Origin: an uncultured Pseudomonadales bacterium
GTDB taxonomy: Bacteria; Patescibacteriota; Microgenomatia; UBA1400; PJMF01
NCBI GenBank assembly: GCA_964452285.1
Contig: CAYVKW010000003.1
Span: forward strand, 1 to 49,194
Length of the DNA: 49,194 nucleotides
Direction of reading: 5' to 3'
Shown: piece by piece, positions 34,701-42,374 of the stretch
Position numbering within the stretch: the first letter of the stretch is position 1
Layout of the letters: each line of letters starts with the position of its first letter
The notes under the pieces: model-generated
Told to the model about the DNA's origin: nothing
Seen by the model: the letters and a program-made list of their open reading frames with translations, nothing else
Databases searched by the model: none
Translations under genes and position numbers: made by a program

Positions 34701-35271
34701 AAATTCCTCTCAAGTTAAATTCGGTCAAATTAATCTTAATTACTATAGTCAATCCGCGTCGTCATCCTCTTCTTCTCTTATTTGGCAAAAAATTTCCGGC
34801 CTTATTTCCCCCACCTCTAATAATGATATCGTTCTTGGAGGAGATTCCACCGCTAGTGCCAAAATTGGTTTCTTCAATCTTAACGGCACTGGCATTCCCA
34901 CTCTTTATTTGAAAGGCAATCTTTTCCTTGATAGTCTTTTCAAACGCAACTTCTTTGACTTAGCTCGTGGTAACGATCTTAGTATTCGCACTCTCGATGA
35001 AAACAACGTTGCCACTGAAAGATTTACTCTTTCTTCAGAGGGTAAAGTTGGAATTGGCGAAAGCACTCCTGAAGCAACCCTTGATGTTGGCGGCGACATT
35101 AGTCTTGATGGCGGCTTGCATTTTCAAGCTATTTCTCAAACAGAAGCAGGCATTTGTGATGAACAAAACTCAGGAAAAATCTTTTATAATAGCGCAGACT
35201 GGCAATTCTATGTTTGCCAAGCAACTAATCAAAATGCCGACGTTTTTGCTTGGATCAAATTACAACAATAA
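31783..35271 (+). CDS. 1162-aa single-pass membrane protein: cytoplasmic motif-bearing tail plus a long fibre-like, beta-rich extracellular region
   Basis: No signal peptide. Three FxPRSLG(D/N)L motifs at aa 58-122. Ser-rich linker. TM helix FIVLGVFGLGAIIFLG near aa 190. N/S/T/G-rich exterior with two ~95-aa internal repeats. The C-terminal segment GKVGIGESTPEATLDVGGDISLDGG is reminiscent of phage tail-fibre or tip proteins. Confidence 0.7.
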   Translation: MAKRLSEPTVSDLLLNKKNAPSCRAKKDHFLLNQILNSAAKKESLPLTTHQSTRSSVFSPRSLGDLSHFFSSHKKNPSTSSNPAFSPRSLGNLIDVLDPHRSSVPSPKQSTFHPRSLGDLSHFTSSNQEPLSDSCQKQSPSDFHQQLFQSHPNSALTDSSFPSSSSSNASSSSQQLPLFKNLSFIVLGVFGLGAIIFLGQQLIDQAQFNFAAQDSLDTTNSNSPLSPRHILTFQGRLSDLDQASVTQTLSMNFSFYNTSGGNTPPPIGGNELWQSSTCSITPNEQGVFSVNLGAGNGDGSDNQDCGRDLGNIFAENSSVWLQITVEDEVLFPRQLIKSVPYALNSATLQGFSASQSATANTVPVVDNFGNLNFNTNSTNFTNFGSLGLISQAGDILLAPGSGHVYIGNQNHAASLSVNGDATISGSLVLKNDDYQAQLTLEDNNQLVFKTKAGQGLWQNQLVFSQQNSSGTAQTLSLNQGSFNFNLTDGPSVTNMTVSEYGTDNPGLSRISAPKKPLVINVLSQEEGNLNAATYKYAYSFITANGKEGPLSTSSSFTSQLSQKQFLITDIDIYPQSNIVARRIYRTKANQDTFYLIHTLNDNISTSFVDNIDDDDLYLAASNQNNSTGTYQYKVSFIRQTSETNPSLGSSNIVLSGDNRRLLLEHIPLSSAKDVMARKIYRTLAGGQDFYLLATLSDNSTTSYTDTTPDSALVQNDPMPLSGGILVNNNLALQFNQDGSIISNNDFVSNGRLETSHGDYQGLQLPTSLGTPSPALGQKIGDLVYDSLNQLLYVFNGSKFITLNQNASSSNTEDNYCHNSVCRFTLDPEYPSAVITGEGENNLGTISSGYDIVNNQYRFNYYQWYSSQTTKLDNLSTNINLTLPYNFSSWQEQAITLDFLTSSASITDNALDFYISKNGSDNIISKIDQIGNQVNQWSSAALGTQPLIISASDLSSLNVQAGDTLNLRLVAKSKNSSQVKFGQINLNYYSQSASSSSSSLIWQKISGLISPTSNNDIVLGGDSTASAKIGFFNLNGTGIPTLYLKGNLFLDSLFKRNFFDLARGNDLSIRTLDENNVATERFTLSSEGKVGIGESTPEATLDVGGDISLDGGLHFQAISQTEAGICDEQNSGKIFYNSADWQFYVCQATNQNADVFAWIKLQQ

Positions 35272-35273
35272 TT

Positions 35274-37457
35274 ATGACCACAAATCAACTTTTAGAAATT
35301 CGCACTGGCAGAGACAATAAAAAAGACGCCTCCGCCATGATGGAATTTTTTTCCACTCTTCCTTCTTTACACGACAATTTATTTTGGCAACTTTTAGGTC
35401 AGAGAGAGAGTTTGAGTTTTGAAATTGTTCTAGAAAATCAAAACATTTCTTTTTTTCTCAGCGCCCCAGAACGCCTTATTGGCTATCTCAAAAGTTTAAT
35501 TGGAGCTAATTATCCAGAAGCAACAATTAAACCAGCTATTGATGGCGATTTTTTGTCATACTTCGACAAAAAATCGCCCCAATCTTATTTCTCCGACCAT
35601 CTTTCCCTCTTAGCTGCGCCGCTCAAATTAGCCAATAATCAATGTTTTCCCCTCAAAGACTATCGCGAATTTAGCGATGCCGACGCCCTCTCTCCTCTTT
35701 TATCTCGACTTTCCAAAGGCAAAATCAATGAAAGAGCAGTTATTCAGTTTCTCGTTTCCGCCAGTAGTGAATTTTGGAAAAATAGCTGCCAAAACATTGG
35801 CTCTCAAGCAAATTCTTCAGTTTCTAGCGCTGTCAGTCTCCAAAAAACTTTAGCCGACAGCAAAGTTAGAGAAAAAAGTTTATTGGTCAATCTTAATTTA
35901 GCTGTTGTTTCTGACAGCGCCGAAGAAGCTCACCTTTTCCTTCATAGTTTAATAGACACTTTAAATACCACCAAAAAAGAAGATAGCAATCAATTAAAAA
36001 AACGCTTCCAACTTTCTCCTTCATTTATCATCGACCGTATGAAAAAAAGAGCGCAACAATCATCGACCGCTTTTCATTTGACTGTTTATGAGCTCGCCAC
36101 TCTTTATCATTTTCCTTATGAAAAGCTAGCCACTATTCCCAATCTTGCTTGGGGTAAAAATCTTCTTGGTGAACCACCGGCCAATTTGCCCATTGTTAAA
36201 AAAGATTCTCCGCCAGAAGTCAAAAAAAATATTAATGTTTTTGCCGAGACTCTCTTTAAAAATGAAATCCAACGCTATGGCATCGAAAAAGTCGATCGCC
36301 GACGTCATATGTATGTCATCGGAAAAACCGGCACTGGTAAATCCACCCTCTTGGCCAATATGGCTATTAATGACCTTCGCAATAATGAGGGACTTTGTTT
36401 TATTGACCCGCACGGTGACGCCATTGACATTCTATTAGACTACATCCCCGCCAATCGTATCAATGATGTTATTTATTTCAATCCTGCTGACGGTGAACGC
36501 ACTGTTAAAATCAATCTTTTCGAAGGTCGCAACATTGAGCATCGTGAATTAATCGCTTCTGGAATAGTCTCCATTTTCCACAAGCTTTACGAATATTCAT
36601 GGGGACCGCGTCTTGAACATTTCTTGCGCAACGCTCTCCTCACCTTACTTCAGATGGAAAATGCTAAACTATCAGATATCATTGAACTTTTTACTGATAA
36701 AAACTTTCGCAAAAAAGTTCTTTCTCAACTATCAGATCCAGTTCTGCGCAATTTTTGGGAAGGAGAGTTTGAACCTCTTCAAGATCGTCTTAAAAATGAA
36801 GCCGTTGCTCCAATTCTCAATAAAGTTGGTCAATTTGTTTCTTCTCCTCTTGTTCGCAATGTTGTTAATGCCGACAGAAGCTCTTTTTCTATCGAGCAGA
36901 TCATGGACGAAGGCAAAATTTTACTCGTCAATCTTTCTCAAGGCGCCCTCGGCGAAGACAACGCCACTCTTTTAGGAGCCATGCTTATTACCAAAATTCA
37001 ACTTGCCGCCATGGGCCGCGTCAATATTCCCGAAGAGGAACGCCGCGATTTTTATCTTTATGTCGACGAATTCCAAAATTTTGCCACTAGTTCATTTAAC
37101 AAAATCCTTTCCGAAGCTCGCAAATATCGTCTCGATTTAATTCTTGCCAATCAGTATATTGCTCAAATTCCAGAAGACGTTCAAAAAGCTATCTTTGGCA
37201 ATTGCGGTAGCATGGTTAGCTTTGTTATGGGTAGCGAAGACGCTCAAGTTTTTTCCAAAGAATATGGCGATAAATATTCTTTTGACGACCTTGTCTCTCT
37301 CAATCGCCACCAAATTATTAATCGTCTTTCTATTGAAAACATTCTTTCTTCCCCTTTTCCCGCCTACACTCTGCCTTTAGCTAGAAGTAGCAACCAAAAT
37401 CGAGACAAGGTTATTCGCGTTAGTCGAGAACGTTATGCCACCAAAAGAGACCTGTAA
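35274..37457 (+). CDS. Soluble ASCE P-loop ATPase of the HerA/FtsK/VirD4 (TraD-like coupling protein) type with a novel ~330-aa N-terminal region
   Basis: Walker A RRHMYVIGKTGTGKSTLLANMAI followed by CFIDPHGD. Walker B FYLYVDEFQNFAT. Then EARKYRLDLILANQYIAQIPEDVQKAIFGNCGSMVSF. No TM helix. Start trimmed from 35250 to the ATG at 35274, 2 nt after the upstream TAA at 35269-35271. Confidence 0.7.
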   Translation: MTTNQLLEIRTGRDNKKDASAMMEFFSTLPSLHDNLFWQLLGQRESLSFEIVLENQNISFFLSAPERLIGYLKSLIGANYPEATIKPAIDGDFLSYFDKKSPQSYFSDHLSLLAAPLKLANNQCFPLKDYREFSDADALSPLLSRLSKGKINERAVIQFLVSASSEFWKNSCQNIGSQANSSVSSAVSLQKTLADSKVREKSLLVNLNLAVVSDSAEEAHLFLHSLIDTLNTTKKEDSNQLKKRFQLSPSFIIDRMKKRAQQSSTAFHLTVYELATLYHFPYEKLATIPNLAWGKNLLGEPPANLPIVKKDSPPEVKKNINVFAETLFKNEIQRYGIEKVDRRRHMYVIGKTGTGKSTLLANMAINDLRNNEGLCFIDPHGDAIDILLDYIPANRINDVIYFNPADGERTVKINLFEGRNIEHRELIASGIVSIFHKLYEYSWGPRLEHFLRNALLTLLQMENAKLSDIIELFTDKNFRKKVLSQLSDPVLRNFWEGEFEPLQDRLKNEAVAPILNKVGQFVSSPLVRNVVNADRSSFSIEQIMDEGKILLVNLSQGALGEDNATLLGAMLITKIQLAAMGRVNIPEEERRDFYLYVDEFQNFATSSFNKILSEARKYRLDLILANQYIAQIPEDVQKAIFGNCGSMVSFVMGSEDAQVFSKEYGDKYSFDDLVSLNRHQIINRLSIENILSSPFPAYTLPLARSSNQNRDKVIRVSRERYATKRDL

Positions 37458-37458
37458 G

Positions 37459-37479
37459 TTGAAGTATTTATAACTTCAA
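37459..37479. terminator. Weak shared hairpin between the convergent ATPase and radA genes
   Basis: ttgaagt (37459-37465), loop atttata, acttcaa (37473-37479). The loop contains the radA stop codon. AT-rich, with no clear U-tract. Confidence 0.25.
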
Positions 37480-38964
37480 ATCTTTAATCAAATCCTTCAC
37501 TTTTTGATGGGTTTGATGAGAATAAATTTCTTGATAGCCCAATCTTTTTGCTTCTTTTATTCTCCTCTCGAAAGCTGCCACAGGTCTGATTTCTCCCATT
37601 AATCCCACTTCTCCTATAAATAAAGCCTTTTGCGGCAACGCTTTTTCTGCCAAAGAAGACGCTATTGCCATTGCCAAACCTAAATCAATACCAGATTCAC
37701 GTACTTTCATTCCTCCCACTATACTCAAGAAAATATCGCTTGTTCCCAGTGGTAAATTACTATGTTTTTGCAAAACTGCTGCCAAAACTTGCACTCTGGA
37801 AAGATCCACTCCTCTTCCCACTCTTCTTGGCATCGCTAATTGCGAAGGTAAAACCAAAGCTTGCACTTCTGTTAGAAAAGGTCTCGTTCCTTCCATTACA
37901 CAAACTACGCCGCTGCCAGGAATTTGCGTTTGCGTGCTTTGTAAAAAATAAGCACTTGGATTTTTTATTTCTCTCATTCCTACATCAGTTAATTGAAATA
38001 CTCCCACTTCATCATTGGCACCAAAGCGATTTTTGAGCGTTCTTAAAAATCTTAAATCTCCGCTTCTTTCGCCGCTCAGCTCAAAAATCGCATCCACCAT
38101 ATGCTCCAATACTTTTGGTCCCGCTAGCTCACCGTCTTTTGTTACATGTCCCACTAAGAAAGTTGGAATATTGTGTACTTTTGCCACTTTCGCAATTCTT
38201 TCGCTTGTTTCTTTTATTTGACCCAAACTTCCAGCTGGACCAGTTAAATCATCCGTTTTCAATGTTTGCACCGAATCTATAATCAAAAGTTTCGGATTTT
38301 TCTCCGCAACCAACGCAACAATTATGTCAACGTCAGTAGTTGTTACATAATACAATGGCAAGTCCTCAATCTGTTCACTTTTTGACAACAATCTTTGCAA
38401 TCTTAAGTTTATTTGTTGTGGACTCTCTTCTCCACAAACATACATTACCAGAGGTGAAAGCCCTTTTTCTCCTCTTTTTTTCTTTTCTCCCAACAAATTT
38501 TCATCAGATTTATCAGCATTATTATCAATGTTTGTACTCTTATAAGTTTTCACGCAATCCATACGTGAAAAATCACCTCTTTTTATTTTCTTACACCAAT
38601 TCAAAACTACTTGTGATAAAAGCGTTGATTTTCCAATACCCGGTTGTCCACCCAACAAAACTACACTTCCTTGCACCAAACCCATTTTCCCATCATCACT
38701 CACTCCCAAACAACGATCTAACTCTCCAATCTCAGTAGAAAAACGGCAAAATAAGCCATTTGAAGCCTTTGCCATCTGAGCAGACACCACAAATTCTTCC
38801 ATCAATTTTTTATCTCTAGTTTTTTGTCCTTTTTTTACTTCTTTATCTAACGAAATCTCTTCAGCCAAAGTGTTCCATTCTCCACACACATCACATTTCC
38901 CTTGCCACTTACTATAAGTCTGGCCACATTTTTGGCACACAAACACTATTTTTTCTCTTCTCAT
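37468..38964 (-). CDS. radA: DNA repair protein RadA/Sms with a ~45-aa insertion after the Walker A motif
   Basis: Zinc finger CQKCGQTYSKWQGKCDVCGEWNT. Walker A GGQPGIGKSTLLSQV. KNRFG motif. Lon-protease-like C-terminal domain. Start trimmed to the ATG at 38964 (MRREKIVFVC...), 1 nt after the upstream gene's stop. Confidence 0.92.
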   Translation of the reverse strand: MRREKIVFVCQKCGQTYSKWQGKCDVCGEWNTLAEEISLDKEVKKGQKTRDKKLMEEFVVSAQMAKASNGLFCRFSTEIGELDRCLGVSDDGKMGLVQGSVVLLGGQPGIGKSTLLSQVVLNWCKKIKRGDFSRMDCVKTYKSTNIDNNADKSDENLLGEKKKRGEKGLSPLVMYVCGEESPQQINLRLQRLLSKSEQIEDLPLYYVTTTDVDIIVALVAEKNPKLLIIDSVQTLKTDDLTGPAGSLGQIKETSERIAKVAKVHNIPTFLVGHVTKDGELAGPKVLEHMVDAIFELSGERSGDLRFLRTLKNRFGANDEVGVFQLTDVGMREIKNPSAYFLQSTQTQIPGSGVVCVMEGTRPFLTEVQALVLPSQLAMPRRVGRGVDLSRVQVLAAVLQKHSNLPLGTSDIFLSIVGGMKVRESGIDLGLAMAIASSLAEKALPQKALFIGEVGLMGEIRPVAAFERRIKEAKRLGYQEIYSHQTHQKVKDLIKDLKL

Positions 38965-38965
38965 C

Positions 38966-40531
38966 TTATGTTCCCTTTCCCCATTGCTTTTTATCAAATT
39001 CAAATATTAAATGTTTTGCCAGTTCCGGTTTTTTCAGAATTTTAGTCATTGACAAATCTTGATCTTGCTTTATCACCATTACTTCTTTTCCAATTCGTCT
39101 TACCTCTATTTCTTTTTCTTTTTTCAACTTGTCTTTATTATTTATTATTAGATAATCTATATGCATTTTTTTTATCAGTTCCTCTCTTATTTTTCTTTCC
39201 CCAAAATTCTCTGGCAAAATAAACACTTTCGTCTCAGGATGCAAATTTTGAACTCTTATCCTTCTTTCATCTTGAGAATAGAACGGTCTTTTTTCTCCCT
39301 TTACACTTTTCACTCTCTTATCACTTTCCAGTCCAATTAATAGTAAACCTTTTTCTTTTTTCATTAATACTTCCGCTTTTTTTAACAAACTTTCATGCCC
39401 ATCATGTATTAAATCGAAGACTCCCGTTACTAAACCTTTCTTTTTATTTGCATTTTTTTCTAAAAAATTTTCTATCTCTTCCGAAAAAATTAAATTCTTT
39501 TTTATTGTTTTATCTTCAAAATTTTTTTTCCACATTTCCACTAAATCTTGTCTAGTCGCAATTTTTCTCCGATAAGGATGGAAAAAAATTTGGTTTTCTT
39601 TCAATAATTCATTAGTGATTTTTCCTCTCATATACCTTATCTGACAATTTCTCATTAACTTTTCGGAAAAATCACCATTTTTTTCTTTCCCCCTTCTCAG
39701 CCATTTCTTCCATTTATATTCTTTTTGAACCCCGTCTTTCTTATCTTTTTTCAGATTAAAATCATTTTTTTTTCCTCGTTTTTCTTTGGTCTTAGCCCCA
39801 TCTCTTCGCTCTTCGCTTTCAACAAACGGTTCATTAAAAAAATCTTTCACCCATTTATTTTCTTCTCTTAATTTCCCAAAAATTTCCCCTTCGTCCCACA
39901 AAACTTTCATTGTTTGCAGCTGCAATGCTCCATACAAAGTTCTCTTTTCCTCAGGAATTAAGAGCTTGTCTTCAGCCAAAAACATATTGAAGCACCAAGA
40001 GTTTTTCTCTTTTTTATTACTTCTTTTTTTTCCTCTTTTTATTGCCAATAGATAACACCAAAATCGCGTCCAATATATTCTCTTCTTTTCCGTCACAATC
40101 AAAAAATCAAGGTCATCATCTGCTTTAGGATTTCCCAAAGCCACTGATCCTGTCAAAGCTACACCGCGCACTCCCTTCACCTTTTTTATTGCTTCGCTTG
40201 CTATCATCGCCAACTCCATTTTCTCTTCATTAAGTCTCAATTTATTCTTGCATATTTGCCGCTTTTTCCAAAAAATTTCTTCTTTCACTTCTAGCAGCAA
40301 GCCCTTTTCAATTAGACCTTGTAGCAATTTTTGCCATTTTCTTTTTTGAATCTTTTTTTTCCCGCACAATAACCGCTTCCAACTTTCATCTCTGGTTAAA
40401 ACCAGATTAAACAAGTCAGCATAAAAAGCAGTTAGTAAAATATTGCGCTCATCTTCATTTATCATTAATCTTATTGTAACGCCTAAATTAAACTTATCAC
40501 TTAGAAACTTTTCATTCCCCAACAAGAGCAC
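38966..40531 (-). CDS. Fusion protein: Pol-beta-type nucleotidyltransferase domain plus cytidylyl/adenylyltransferase (TagD/RfaE-II-like) domain
   Basis: The N-terminal half has GVALTGSVALGNPKADDDLDFLIVT, an NTase GS...D.D motif. The C-terminal domain has GLVTGVFDLIHDGHESLLKKA, the (T/H)xGH nucleotidyltransferase signature, followed by SDKRVKSVKGEKRPF. Confidence 0.65.
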   Translation of the reverse strand: MLLLGNEKFLSDKFNLGVTIRLMINEDERNILLTAFYADLFNLVLTRDESWKRLLCGKKKIQKRKWQKLLQGLIEKGLLLEVKEEIFWKKRQICKNKLRLNEEKMELAMIASEAIKKVKGVRGVALTGSVALGNPKADDDLDFLIVTEKKRIYWTRFWCYLLAIKRGKKRSNKKEKNSWCFNMFLAEDKLLIPEEKRTLYGALQLQTMKVLWDEGEIFGKLREENKWVKDFFNEPFVESEERRDGAKTKEKRGKKNDFNLKKDKKDGVQKEYKWKKWLRRGKEKNGDFSEKLMRNCQIRYMRGKITNELLKENQIFFHPYRRKIATRQDLVEMWKKNFEDKTIKKNLIFSEEIENFLEKNANKKKGLVTGVFDLIHDGHESLLKKAEVLMKKEKGLLLIGLESDKRVKSVKGEKRPFYSQDERRIRVQNLHPETKVFILPENFGERKIREELIKKMHIDYLIINNKDKLKKEKEIEVRRIGKEVMVIKQDQDLSMTKILKKPELAKHLIFEFDKKQWGKGT

Positions 40532-40620
40532 CTAAAAACTTTTACTCATGATTTCATCGATACTGGTATATTAATATCTTGACCACAACTTCACATCACT
40601 GAACACAACAATCTGTTCAA

Positions 40621-42333
40621 TTATTCCGTCACCTCTTCTTCTTCCGTCGCAAAATAACCCCATTCTGTTAGATTATCTATCAGACCATTAATGAAATCTT
40701 CTCCTGCACCCTCATAATCTTTGTCTGTTCCTTCAGTTTCTATTGTTAATTCATCTATGATTGCTTTTATCCAGTTTTTATTTTCATCATCCAAAGCTTC
40801 GTCAAAGGTTCTATCATTAATTGGAAAACTTCGAGCTTTATCGGCCTGCCATAAATATGGTTGCAAATAAGGATCGTCTGCCAGCAGATCAGCCATCGCT
40901 CTTCTTGGGTAAATTTCTCCAAATAATCTTAAATCAGCTTGTTCAGCATACAACTCTCGTAATACTTCTTCAGAGCTGAGATAACTCAGCAATTTCCAAG
41001 CTGCCTCTTTTCTCGGACTATTAGTATTGACTCCTTCCACCCAATAAGTCGCCCATTCCACTGGTTCGTCTTTATTTAATTGTGGTACACTTGCTACTCC
41101 AATATTTAAATTCGGATTAACCAACAAGACGTCATGAATTGCCCATGATGGTGCAAAAATCATCGCCGTTTCACCTCGAGCAAAAGCTAAAAGTGAATTA
41201 TCAAACGAACTATCCCATACTCTTTGCTGTTTGATATTGTAGAAATTAGTATAAAAAGCCAGCACGTCGCTGACTATTTTTTGATTTAAATTATTAAAAT
41301 CTCCACCGCTTTGTAAAATTAACATCCCAATGATATCGCTTGTAAAATCAATATTACTAGACAATCCCATTGCTGCTCCGGAGGTTTCAATATAATTATC
41401 CGCACCATATTTGGTCAACTTTAGCGCATTAGTTCTAAATTGAGCCCAAGATTGAGGCACCTCCAAACCCGCTTTCGCGTATAAGTCTTTATTATAAAGC
41501 AAAGCTAAGCTATCATACATCAACGGTATTCCCTTGATTTCCTCCTTTTCATTAGTTAATTGCTCAGCCACCACTGGATAAAACGTTTGTTTAAATTCAT
41601 CTGTTGTCATCACGCTTTGAGGTACAGCATCTAATTCCCCATCTAAATATGATCTCCACGATGCATGATAACGAAACACATCTGGACCATTACTTGTTTC
41701 AATCGCATTTTCCAAACGCGCTCTATACCCATTCACATCCTGTTTAATATAATTCACACTAATTCCAGGATTTTTCGTCTCAAAGTCACGCAGCACTTGA
41801 GTTAGAGTCGTTGAAGGTTCCCATAAACCCCAATAATCCAAAGTTATTACCTCTGGTTCTGGCTTAGGAGTTGCCACTGCCGTTGACAACTGCTCCACTC
41901 TTTTTTCGTAAAAATAAAAAATTAATCCTCCAATAATAGCCAATCCTAAAATACCAAATAGAATCGGCAAAAAAAGACTCTTCTTCTTCTTCTTTTGTAA
42001 ATCATTGCCCACTTTATAATTTAATACCGAAGCTGGCTTTTGTTGATTTTGTTCCGCTTGTCCCATGTTTTTTGTTTCAAAACGTCTATTCTCCACTGTC
42101 TGAGGTAAATCAACTTTTGTCGCCACTTCTTGACGAAAATCCGTTACTCCATTTTGCTCTACAAAATTATCTTTTCTGGCACTTTCTATTTTAATATTGT
42201 CCTCAAAACCACTTTGTCCAGGCTGCAAAGTTGCTACCACTCCGCCAGAAGGCGAAGCTTGGATTGTCGGCATTTTAAACGTCCCGGGCCCATTTTTTTG
42301 TTCATTAATATTCGTCTGAGTATTGTCAATCAT
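40621..42333 (-). CDS. Membrane-anchored extracellular solute-binding protein (ABC family-1 sugar-type SBP fold)
   Basis: About 120-aa N-terminal polar region, then a TM helix (LFLPILFGILGLAIIGGLIFYF). SBP-like body (ITLDYWGLWEP...VLRDFETKNPGISVNYIKQD...). No ABC permease or ATPase genes are adjacent. Confidence 0.65.
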   Translation of the reverse strand: MIDNTQTNINEQKNGPGTFKMPTIQASPSGGVVATLQPGQSGFEDNIKIESARKDNFVEQNGVTDFRQEVATKVDLPQTVENRRFETKNMGQAEQNQQKPASVLNYKVGNDLQKKKKKSLFLPILFGILGLAIIGGLIFYFYEKRVEQLSTAVATPKPEPEVITLDYWGLWEPSTTLTQVLRDFETKNPGISVNYIKQDVNGYRARLENAIETSNGPDVFRYHASWRSYLDGELDAVPQSVMTTDEFKQTFYPVVAEQLTNEKEEIKGIPLMYDSLALLYNKDLYAKAGLEVPQSWAQFRTNALKLTKYGADNYIETSGAAMGLSSNIDFTSDIIGMLILQSGGDFNNLNQKIVSDVLAFYTNFYNIKQQRVWDSSFDNSLLAFARGETAMIFAPSWAIHDVLLVNPNLNIGVASVPQLNKDEPVEWATYWVEGVNTNSPRKEAAWKLLSYLSSEEVLRELYAEQADLRLFGEIYPRRAMADLLADDPYLQPYLWQADKARSFPINDRTFDEALDDENKNWIKAIIDELTIETEGTDKDYEGAGEDFINGLIDNLTEWGYFATEEEEVTE

Positions 42334-42351
42334 AGCTTTCTATTTTATAAT
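42323..42351 (+). promoter_or_regulatory. Sigma-70-type promoter for the VanW-led cluster
   Basis: TTGTCA at 42323-42328, a 17-nt spacer, then TATAAT at 42346-42351, 23 nt before the ATG at 42375. It lies inside the 5' end of the divergent SBP gene. Confidence 0.5.
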
Positions 42352-42374
42352 ACTCTCACTTCTTTGTCAAAATT

